Assembly: GCA_035084275.1 (NCBI GenBank)
Contig: CM068756.1
Span: forward strand, 4,340,001-4,404,000
Source: Hydrolagus colliei
Lineage: Eukaryota
DNA: 64,000 nt
Direction of reading: 5' to 3'
Shown here in pieces: positions 53,711 through 64,000 of this stretch. Position 1 is the stretch's first letter, and every line of letters starts with the position of its first letter. Both the position numbers and the translations under genes were made by a program. The notes under the pieces are model-generated. The model saw nothing but the letters and a program-made list of their open reading frames with translations, made no database searches and was not told the origin of the DNA.

Positions 53711-55579
53711 AATCCTGTGAAGTGCGTTAAGATGCACTCCTGATTTGAAAGGCGTGATAGTGAATGCAACAATTGTTGTGTTGAATCAAATCTTGAGCAC
53801 TAGTCCGTCACTACAGCGCAGTAATGGAGAAACAACGGTTTGTCCTTCGTTTGGATGAGAAACTGAAGTGAGGTTCCATCTGCCTGATAGAGTGACTGAT
53901 AAATATCCCCCAAAAGTAATCAGAAAGAATAGGGACTTTCTCCTGGAATCCCAACTAACTAACAAACTCCCAGATAAATCTGTCATTCCGCGTGGAATAG
54001 GCTTCATTGAATGACTAATTATTTAAAAGCAGTCTTCTATTCCACCTGCTAAAAACTGCTCTCAGCTGTTTTCTGTCCGTTTGTTTTGAAGCAGATCAGA
54101 GTGAACAGATCCGACTTCCATAATGACATTAAAACAAATTACACTTGTATTAGTGCCTTTCACGTCGGGGGGAACGTCCCAATACTGCCACCGAGAGGCT
54201 GAAAGAGTACTTTATGTGGTTTGCAAAGTTTGATAAGAGTGAATTTCTATGAAAGCTCACAGCACGCTTTGATTAAAATCCCCATCTGCTGTTTCAAATC
54301 ACATGCGATATCTTCATTTCTGCTAAATTTCTGTTTAACAAAATTCCTGTCACTGAATATCTTGTTCACGGAAACCTGACAAAATTTCCAACTCAGCTCT
54401 GATTCCCATCAGTCGTTTGGTCTGTTTCATTTATGTCACAACTTTGCCATTGTAAATATACTGTGGAAAAAACAATGGAATCCTAACAAGTAAGGGCAAA
54501 TAAACATGTTGACTCCAAACTGTTACCCACAGAGCACATCTTTATATAATCTCTGGAAATGTTTAACCTTGTTTCATTATATTTTTGCTACAAAAGTATT
54601 ACCATAGGCCTCAACAGACAATACACTTGATTTTTTTTCAATCAGATCCCTCTTTCCTTGTTGAGAGTTTACGTTACTCCTAATTCTGATGGGAACGGGT
54701 TCAATAAACCAAATGGTTTTTCCTAATTATTCTAGTTTCTTTTGGTCCATGTCTGATAAGCGTAAGTAAAATTTGGGACTAGTTGGATAGCTCTATCAAA
54801 CAGCTGGCCCGGGCACGATGGACCGAATGGCCTCCTTTGGTGCTGTAAAATTCAATGATTCTTATGTCTCTGGAGCACTGAACATCCAAATTAATAACCT
54901 TTGTGACTGGTCATCGATTCCAGGTCAGCATGTTTACCAAAGTAAGAAAAAAGCATTTAAAATTGAGTTTCTAAAATCTGTTTTCATTTTAATGGGCACA
55001 TCCTTTCATTTTGCCCACAAATATACACTCAATTTAATTTACAGTGTATTCTGTGAACCGCCTTGAGACATCTAGAGGACCTGAAAGGCTCTATATCAAA
55101 TGCAAGGATTATTATTATTATTAGCTGGACAGTCAGGGTTTGCACCTGACCTGTGGGTTGGAATCAAGAGGGGTGGAGGGGCTAAGGGAGTGAGGTGAGA
55201 AGATGACTGAAGACATGGCCAAGGAGGAAGGTCTCAAGATGGGTGTTGAAGGAGGAAGCGAGGGGAAGGGATTCCGGGATGAGTTTTCAGGCGGGTGGAC
55301 TTTTGTTCAGGTCCCATTGCACTTAATTAAAATTTCCTCCGCAATCATTGTTTCCAGGAGTTGTTTAGAAAATGGTAACATTGACCATTTGTTGTTGTTG
55401 TTGTTGTTGTACGGACATTGTCTTACATATAGGAAACTGTTGCAAAGTTTATAGGAACAGTGTGGATTACTGCTCGAATAGGTAGATTTATAAAATGGGT
55501 TCAGAAGATAGGGAAGCATCACAAAAACACAAGATTGGTTTGGATGTGTGCTGGTATGTTTAACTTCATCCAACCAGAA

Positions 55580-55820
55580 TATAATAATAATAATCCTTGC
55601 ATTTTATATAGCGCTTTTCACATCTTGTCGAAGTCTCAAAGCGCTTCACAGAATTTACTGTAAAGTGAATTGACTGTATATTTGTGGGCGAAAAGTGGCA
55701 GCTAATTGCGCACAGTAGTGCCCCACAAACGGCTGTGGCTTCAAATGACCAATTTTACTTTTGTGGTTTTTTTTGGAGGGATTATTATTAGGCGTGTGGA
55801 GTAAGGAAACTTGCCCAAGG
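55580..55820 (-). mobile_element. tRNA-derived SINE, head truncated
   Basis: Same family. Confidence 0.82.
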
Positions 55821-55950
55821 AGCTCTAGCTTGTCTATTCGTCGCTTATAGATCATTCCTCTAAAAATGGCGCTGCCTCCAGGGTATGGGGGCCTGTTACG
55901 TCACACTGACTAGCTATGTGATGTCTGAAAATTCTGGTGCCATATGCGGT

Positions 55951-56533
55951 AATAATAATAATAAGAGGAATAATAAGAATAATAATCCTTGCATTTGGTA
56001 TAGCGCTTTTCATGTCTTCTAGATGTCTCAAGGTGCATCACAGAATATACTGTAACATGAATTGACTATATTTGTGGGTGAAATATGGCAGCCAATTGCG
56101 CACAGCAGTGTCCCACAAATAGTCAAGGATTGAAATGACCAATCTATTATTTTTCTTTCGAGGGATTATAACCTCTGTGACCCCCTACCAACCTTCCCCA
56201 CTCCCTCTGCTCAGCGGGCTCTAGCCTAACCCCCACCCTAACCTCTTTCAAGTCCCACCTCAAGACCCTCCTCTTCAATATCCCATCAGCCAATTCCTCT
56301 CCTTTCCCTCCACCCTCCCCAATCCCGATCCCAGCTTGGGTCTGAAACATTGACTGTCCAACATCTTGTGATGTCCTCCCAATGTGAAAGGTGCTATACA
56401 AATGTAATTTTGTTGTTGTTGTTATCAGGTATGTGGAGTAAGGAAACTTGACCAAAGTTTCTCCCTGCTTGGAATCAAACCCAGGTTTCTTGCTTGCGAG
56501 ACGAATGCTCTAACCACTGAGCTACAGGACTCC
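55951..56533 (-). mobile_element. SINE interrupted by a plus-strand L2 3' fragment (~56171-56421)
   Basis: The SINE stops at AGGGATTATA and resumes at TTATCAGGTATGTGGAGTAAGG after an L2 fragment ending in (TTG)n. Confidence 0.82.
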
Positions 56534-57739
56534 TGCGTGGTAGCTGTGTATGTGTCTTTAAACTCATACATATTTTGATCACTTTGTTTTAAGATGCATA
56601 CCTTTACTTGGAGCAGAGGTTGATGTGAATATACTTTTTAAAACACTGAACCCAGATAAAGCTAGTGACTAAGATCATTTTATGACAATATCCAGATACC
56701 ACTATAAGAATGATTAGGTTGGCAACCATTTGAGAATACATAATACTATAAATCTTTTAGGGGGAAATTGCAATCTCGTGCCATCTACTGATAGTATGTT
56801 TATATCCCCTTTACGTTGCACAACCTTCAGTTATCTGGTGTCGTTGAACATTCTCGTTTCACTTTTTTTTAATAGTTCAGAATAACAATAATGAAGTGCA
56901 CTTTAAACACATGACATACATAAAGTGTTCATCAGATTAGTTCAGTGGGTTTCAACACATTGTGAGCTTCTATCCCCATATCGGGATTTGAGCCGACAGT
57001 CCATATTGATCGGGGGAGCACGACATTGTCAAAAGAAACATTTTATGGATGAAACGTTAAATCTGATTCTCATCTGCCTTCCAGAGCAGTTAACGATCCC
57101 ATGTGTCTATTTGAAAAGAGAAGGGGAGTTTCTCTTGGTGTCTTAGCCAACAATGCTATTAATGATTGTTTGAAGAATCAGTGGCGTGAAAATTGGCTGC
57201 CCCATATTTGCCTACAAATAAACACCTGACAATAATTGAAGCGGTACGAGATGTTTCAATGTTGCAGTCACTGCATCAAATGGAAGGATTGTTATGGTTG
57301 GTATTAATGGGGAGTCCTGTAAAAGGGAAATGTTGTCAATGTGGCCGGTACACAGTAATACGAAGAATTAAATAGGATTTTTGGAAGAAATAACCAGATA
57401 CATTTCTGGGTATAAATAGATTCAAACGTTGTTGGTGGAATTTTTGTTTTGTTTCTGTCTAGAATAGGAATACCCAAGGTTAACACTTGGAGAGCTCAAG
57501 GAGGTTCTGATGAAGGATTAGACCCGAAAAACTAAACATTAAGATACCAATTAAACGTTAGCGCTTATTGAACCTAAAATAGCAACAACTTCAGTTATTG
57601 CAGTATTTTAAGGCACTATTTTCTTTGCACTTTATTTACAGATAGGAAAAGCGGTTTACAGGCTGTGTGGAACACAGTAGCAGTGGAAGGGTACAGGAGG
57701 TGATTTAAGATAGATTTATTTTGTAATTGAGATGGTCAA

Positions 57740-58000
57740 TAACAACAACAATGACAACATTGCATTTGCGTAGCACCATTCATGTTGGGAAGACATCCCA
57801 AGACACTGGACAGACAGTATTTCAGACCCAAGCTGCGAGTAGGGATTGGATAGGGTGAAGGGCAGGGGGGAAGGAGGTTGGTCAACAGAATGGTCGAAGA
57901 GGATGGCCTTAAGGTGGGTCTCGAAGGAGGCTAGGGATGGGGCGAGGTGGAGGGACTGTGAGATGGAGTTCCAGAGGGTGGGAGCAGAGTGGCTAAAGTT
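57740..58000 (-). mobile_element. L2 3' fragment
   Basis: AAC tail plus GGTCGAAGAGGATGGCCTTAAGG...GAGTTCCAGAGGGTGGG, homologous to the 29.6-kb L2. Confidence 0.7.
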
Positions 58001-59749
58001 CTGTCCACTGATTAAGGCTTCAGTAAACTAAAAAAAACAATAAAACAATTAACTTTGACCAGTTTGTGAGGTTCTCAGATGTGCACAGCTTCATTCAGCT
58101 AAATAGACGACAACAACAGTAGTAATGAGGTAAAGGTGACACATGTAGGACAAAGGAGGAAGGAAAATCAGAATCCACGTTACCCCTGTCTGCTCTCACA
58201 CGCTTCCCAAACCACAAAGGTCAGGCTGACGCAAATCCTACAAGGCAATTCCCTCCCAACTCTCCCAGGATGTGGAACGTTATGTGGCAAGAAGCCTCAT
58301 AAAATGCATGTGGGGAAATAAAACACAAATCTAAACAGCCACTGTGACCTTCTCCAATTTCAAGAACTGAAACAGAAAACTCACCATTTAATTAAAGAGA
58401 ACTAGCAAAGGGCATGTGTTTTGTATTAATAGAAATTGTAAGTTCCAAACTAAAGATTCTTCTCAGGTAAAAGGCCAAGTACGAGCAGGAGAATTAGCCA
58501 CAAACACAAATAGTGCCCTCAATGGAGAGGTTGGTGGTTTGGTTACAGTTCAAGATCTCTTACTCCACCCCCTTCATTCAGTGGAAGTAAAAAATCTTTC
58601 CTACTGTAAGCATACACATCAGACTTACAGTGTTTACATTGTTTAGAGGAATTACTTTCCTGATAAGAAACCCATTGGAATCAAGTCACATTTCTGTAGA
58701 AAATTGTCTATAAGAACACAGTATTGTACAGGACTGGAAAAGAGCATTATGGTTCATTTGGCCAGACCCAACGTAATATTTGTAACACATGCTCAGGCAC
58801 AGCGGTTGTATTTAGAAACGTCTCATTCCTCTTTCTCCCGCCCCCACCACGCCACCCACTCCATGACGCCACATGTCTGTACATCAACAGCATTTCGTGG
58901 CTAAACTGAAATACAATTGGAGCAAGTCTTGTCCTTGTGACTAGACTAAAGGTTTCCTCGTGTCTAGACTAAAGGAAGTCAAGAGAGACACATCAATTGT
59001 GGCCATTTCACAACTCAATGACTTCAGTTATATCTACTTTTTGGCAAAATTACAAAATACAAAAAAGCGCTCACTGATATGATACACTAGTCCAATCACT
59101 GAACCCAGACACTATCAAGTCAGATTCAGATATTGGTGGAGGTACTGAGGAGGGTGTTAATCAATCGGTGGAATTTTTCATAAAATGTTTCATTTTTCTG
59201 TGCCCAAATCTTTGTAGTCACAGTAAACATACTGTACTCGCAGTGTACCATGTGGTTTACTTACCTTGAGTCTTATTATCAGGCGAATGTTTCAGAATTC
59301 AGAATGTATTCAGAATTCTTCAAACCCACTTTCTAATGTGTATGAAAGGGACATACTGTACATGTAGAACTGCATTTGGTATGTAGGGCCTTTCACGTCG
59401 GGAGGATATCACCAAGCGTTTCAAATAGGATATATATTATATAATGTGTAATGATTGTGGATTTTTTTGAACAAAACTGGTTTCCTGTACTGTAATTGTT
59501 TCTCTCACTGGGAGCCTGTGAATAGATAGAAAGGTTTCAGTGTTGTTTGTTAATGGGGTGGGGGTGGGTGCTGCCTGAAAGAACAATAGGAAGACCACTG
59601 TCCCTCATCCCTATTCTGCTGCTGATTATTTAGTGTTTGTAATGATTATTTCCACACTTGGAAAATAGATGTCAGGTCACATTTAAGAAATTCAACTTTT
59701 CAAAATTCTCATCCATTTTGTGCCATTTCTCTTCAATTATAACCATCGT

Positions 59750-60046
59750 GGTATCCTGTAGCACTCGCCTCGCAGGAGAGAGACCTCGGTTAGTTTCCGG
59801 CAAGTAGAAATCATGGGCAAGATTCCTTACTCCCCATGCCTGATAATAATCCCTGAAGGGAAAAAAAATCAATCTTCACTTTAATGCGTTAGATAATGCA
59901 TTACATCTGGTCACTTCAATCCACGACTGTTTTGGGGACACTGTTGTATACTGATGTATTTCTTCCACAAATATACAGTAGATTTACTTTACATTATATT
60001 GTGTGAAGTGCCTTGAAACATCTCGAAGACGTGAAAAGTGCTATAT
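59750..60046 (+). mobile_element. tRNA-derived SINE split by a 1.77-kb insertion; tail resumes at 61821-61885
   Basis: Ends abruptly at AAAAGTGCTATAT; the missing CAAAxxCAAGG(ATT)n tail is found after 61859. Confidence 0.85.
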
Positions 60047-60761
60047 GTTGGCTGCTGCCAATGTTATTGTTCGGGAAAATAGCCGGTGGGAATGACCGAC
60101 CGCTGCCGAGAGGAGACAAGTCTGTTTAATTGTGAAGAAGCCGTTTAATTGCTTTCGGTGCAGTTGCGAGACGCTGCAGTCTGGCGGATTGAGAGGTCAC
60201 CGTGACTGTGTGCTAGTACTGGACATGATTTTCCAGGATGTTCTAGGAACTCCACGTACTTGGAAAAACTCAACTGGCTGACCGTGTACCCGTTGGAAAT
60301 GAATAACTCCATTCAACTAACTTGCTGTGATTGCAACTATTTGAACAAAAGCCACGTTTGTGTGATGTCAAACATTTACACGCGCACCTAAGGAGTGCAG
60401 GTCCAGACAAGCGTTTGGGAGATGTAGATATACAATGGTTATGGGAATGTCTGGTCTTTTAGCCCTTTAACATTCAACATCTATCCCTTTAACATTCAAC
60501 AGTAGAACCTTTTGCGACAGATCAGGTGCCAAGAGACACTAATGATATTTGCTTGCCATAGACCAATTGATTCTGATCAGATTCCTGAAATATGATCAGA
60601 TTTCCTGAAGGAAATTTGATTAGAATTACTGAACCGTAGCTTGGAAAATGTGAAGAATCTTTAGTTTTCTTATCCACTGTCCTAGAGCCGATTTGTAGGA
60701 CATCCAACAGCCCGATGAGAACTCCACCACCAGTGAATTCAAAACCTTTAATGAAATATTA

Positions 60762-61068
60762 ATAATAGTTCTTCCATTTGCTATAGCGCTTTCCATGTCT
60801 TCTAGATGTGTCAGAGCACTTCACAGAATATACTGTAAAGTGAATTGACTGTATATTTGTGGGTTAAACGTGGCAGCCAATGGCACACAGCAGTGTCCCA
60901 CAAACAATCGTGGATTGAGTGATCAAATTATTATTGTGTTTTTTTTCTTGAGAAATTATTATCAGGTGTACGGAGTAAGGAAACTTGCTCTAGGTTTCAC
61001 CCTGCTGGAAATGGAACCTAGGTCTCTTGCTTGCGAGCGCTGTAACCACTCACTGAGCTACAGGTTTC
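60762..61068 (-). mobile_element. tRNA-derived SINE carried inside the ZNF276-derived insert
   Basis: Same family on the reverse strand. Confidence 0.85.
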
Positions 61069-61473
61069 CACAGAAGAACTAAGGTCTAACACAAGATCTA
61101 ACTTCACAAGAATGCTTCCTAAATTGAGAATTTTGATGTCGACCCAATATCCAGTAACTCAATGTTGCAACTCATTGCTAATACACCAATGTGCTGCAGC
61201 ACCAAAATCCTTTTCGCATCTTAAATACTGTATGTAAGGGAAGAAATAATACATGCTCTATTTTGATTTGTAAAACTAGCTGGTTTTGCAAGCCTCAATA
61301 TTTTAGTGAGTGCCCCAGAAATACATTTCTTTTAAATTGCCTTTTCTAAATGTGTCGGTAATTTTAATACAGTATACATGATGAACTTCCTCAAATATTA
61401 GTTCTCAGCATAGTTTACACACAATAACAAATGGTAATCTTTTAAAGCAAAATTTCTCCCCCTTTTCTATCAG

Positions 61474-61792
61474 CTGCACCTACTGTTGTGACCACTAGCT
61501 ACTGCCGCCTCTGCCATGGCAAGTTTTCCTCCAGGAGTTTGCGGAATGTCTTTGCAAAGGTTCCTCTGATTGACGCAAATCCAGAGAGGCAACGAAGAGC
61601 ACAACAGATCTTCTGTGCCGATTTCCAGAGACTGGTTGGCATTGTGGTAAGGCAGGACCCCACCTTGCCCCAGTTTATCTGTAGGAACTGTCACACTCAG
61701 TTTTATAAATGCCGGAGTATCCTGCGAAACTTCATTCAACGAGTGAATTCTTCTCCCATGGCCCCCGTACAACGAGGACAAGAGGCGGGCAG
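61474..61792 (+). CDS. ZNF276: Isolated ZNF276-derived zf-AD (ZAD) exon; a duplicated gene fragment of unknown expression status
   Basis: Open frame YCRLCHGKFSSRSLR...DFQRLVGIVVRQDPTLPQFICRNCHTQFYKCRSILRNFIQRVN matches the ZNF276 N-terminal ZAD as recalled (CxxC...CxxC). Polypyrimidine+CAG acceptor at 61473; AG|GTAC donor at 61792. No other ZNF276 exons are recognisable in the window. Confidence 0.85.
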
Positions 61793-62140
61793 GTACCTAA
61801 AGACCAGATGATTAATGTGTGTGCCTTGAAACATCTCAAAGACGTGAAAAGTGCTATATCAAACACAAGGATTATTATTATGTATTATTATTGTTGTGAA
61901 TATTCAACGGTGCTCAAATGGTTAACAAACCGGCATTTGCAAACAGAGATGTACCTTTGGATGTTGCTCTCTGCACCTCTGCATATTATTAGCGACATAT
62001 TCTGTGATTCAGCCAAGAGATAATGCATTTCAATGTTCCGGTTTAGATCCAATTTGACTTTATCACAGGAAGAGATACAGAGCGAACACAAACAGAGAAA
62101 GTTTAAGGACTTGTATTTTTCCCATTCACAGACGGAGAAA

Positions 62141-62244
62141 ATGTGGATATCAGTCTTTCTTTTATGCCTTTTTACTCTCACTTCTGCAGATGAGTTCAAT
62201 ATGCGGGCAGAGAAACTGATGTCAACCAATCCTCTTATAGACGG
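62141..62244 (+). CDS. DPEP1: Dipeptidase 1 (membrane dipeptidase, M19), coding exon 1 with signal peptide
   Basis: MWISVFLLCLFTLTSA signal peptide, then ...PLIDG; acceptor 9 nt upstream of the ATG (exon starts 62132); donor GG|GTGAGT, phase 2. Confidence 0.92.
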
Positions 62245-62727
62245 GTGAGTGGAGATCATTTTAATAGATAAAAGTTACAAAAGTGACCAATTTCTAGATT
62301 TGCACTGTATCTGGATTTTAAGTGCAATAATAGATCAAGATAGTGGCTTTCTTTTAGCTATCAGTAATGTTTACAGAAATTGGCATCTCTGTGGTAATGT
62401 TTTTTCATATACACTTGTTTGCACGGAGCACTCAGTGTCATAAGAAAATACATCAAGCAATGTTAATGTTTCCTACAGTAACTGCAGTTATATATAAATA
62501 TATAATAATAATCCTTGCATTTGATATAGCGCTTTCCACATCTTATCAACGTTCCAAAGCGCTGCACAGAATATACTGTAAAGTGAATTGACTATATATT
62601 TGATAATACTTGCCTTTGATATATCGCCTCATCCCACTTCTTTTATGGGTGATTGACGTCTTTATATTAGAATTAATAGATAGCAAAATACCCCAATTTG
62701 TTTTGACATTTTAACCCTTCTTTTCAG

Positions 62728-62854
62728 ACACAATGATCTACCCTGGCAACTTCTAGTACGTTTCAACAATCAGCTGAACCAAGTGGATCTGAACACGTTC
62801 AATGGAACTCACACCAACATCCCCAAGCTGAAACGTGGCCTTGTTGGAGGACTG
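62728..62854 (+). CDS. DPEP1: DPEP1 coding exon 2
   Basis: (G)HNDLPWQL...[15 protein letters not shown] contains the Zn-binding H and D of the DGHNDLP motif; AG/GT boundaries. Confidence 0.93.
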
Positions 62855-63163
62855 GTATGATGTTTGTTTAGTCATAGATTGATTGAAGCATTTTACTAAC
62901 CAGTAGTAATGAATGAGAAAGGCCACCTGGCCCCTGAAGCCCACTGTATCCAATGGATCATTACCTAATTTAGCCCCAATTAGTTATATTCTAATATAAC
63001 CGGTTTAAGTTTATCTCGGGACATTCAGGAGCAAAACGTGGAGAACTTCCAGTAAAAAAAAGTTGCATTCCTCCTGAGCCAGTTGTTGCTTGTTTGATCT
63101 ACAATAACAAGACAAACTGAACTAATTGTCTGGATTGGACTCTTGTATGTCCCACTCTTCTAG

Positions 63164-63296
63164 TTTTGGGCAGCATACACACCTTGTGACACCCAGTACA
63201 AGGACGCTGTGAGACAGACCTTGGATCAGATTGATGTCATCCACAGAATGTGCAAGAAATACCCCGAGACATTCGCTTTTGCCGAAACGAGCGATG
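63164..63296 (+). CDS. DPEP1: DPEP1 coding exon 3
   Basis: [37 protein letters not shown]; 133 nt. Confidence 0.93.
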
Positions 63297-63660
63297 GTGA
63301 GTTAATAATAATCTTTGCATTTGATTTGGCCCCGATCACCTTGTCGAGACGTCTCAGATTATACTGGATAGTGAATTGACTGTATATTTTGTGGGCGAAA
63401 TGCGGCGGCCAATTGCGCACAGCAGTTGTGAATTGAATGGTCCATTCCCAACATTTCCCACCATTGTTTAAATCTTGAAAGGTTGGTCAACCAAACACTG
63501 CATCGACTGGGATCCAAATGTGAGAAATGTGAGAAAAAACAAAATGAAAGTTCGTCAGGAAGAAATCTCAAACTCTGTCAGGAAGAAACCAGTGTGATTT
63601 GTGACATCACTTTGAATTCAAGTGAAAAATCATTGACAACCTGAATCTCTTTCTGATTAG

Positions 63661-63811
63661 ATATAATGAAAGCTTTCAAAGCTAAAAAGGTGGCCAGTCT
63701 AATTGGTATTGAAGGCGGACACTCGATAGACAGCAGCATGGCTACACTACGGCTCTTCTATTCACTGGGAGTGCGTTACATGACCCTTACACACGGCTGC
63801 AACACACCTTG
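63661..63811 (+). CDS. DPEP1: DPEP1 coding exon 4 (gene continues beyond the window)
   Basis: [15 protein letters not shown]...[10 protein letters not shown] (catalytic Glu motif); donor TG|GTAAG. Confidence 0.93.
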
Positions 63812-64000
63812 GTAAGCAATAAATATTGCTGTTAAAAAGATGTTAATGTAAAATGTTAATCTTTTATACATATAACAGAATTTAAAGAGGATGCTCCAGT
63901 CTCTAGCCTGAGTGGATCTAATCTGCGGTATTTCTCAATGGGATTATTCAGGATCACAGTTAAAAATTCTTATCAACCCACAGGAACTCTATTTGTTTCA

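Noticed and set aside
60047-60720. ZNF276 or VPS9D1 first coding exon within the insert
   Set aside because: CpG-enriched, but the ATG frames are short and do not resemble either protein's N-terminus.
61474-62244. In-frame fusion of the ZAD exon to the DPEP1 signal-peptide exon
   Set aside because: The phase-2 donor joined to 62132 shifts the frame relative to ATG 62141 and reaches a stop codon within that exon.

Overview
Eukaryotic (vertebrate) genomic DNA. The dominant tRNA-derived SINE with an L2-type tail, plus L2/CR1 LINEs and Penelope-like relics, suggests a cartilaginous fish, probably a chimaera such as Callorhinchus milii (inference). Positions 1-41 kb contain no recognisable coding exons; they hold repeats, MITEs, minisatellites and a ~1.97-kb tandem duplication. 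The right part has a two-exon orphan class A GPCR (+, 41759-43593, 376 aa, GPR21/GPR52-like NCxxY motif), a complete six-exon cytosolic sulfotransferase (SULT5A1-like, -, 52901-46869, 287 aa), and the first four coding exons of DPEP1 (+, from 62141, running off the window). The most notable observation is a 1.77-kb segment (60047-61820) carrying an intact ZNF276 zf-AD (ZAD) exon. It is inserted into a SINE just upstream of the DPEP1 start exon and flanked by a 39-bp direct duplication. Its splice donor is in frame with DPEP1 coding exon 2, so a ZAD-dipeptidase chimera lacking the signal peptide is possible.
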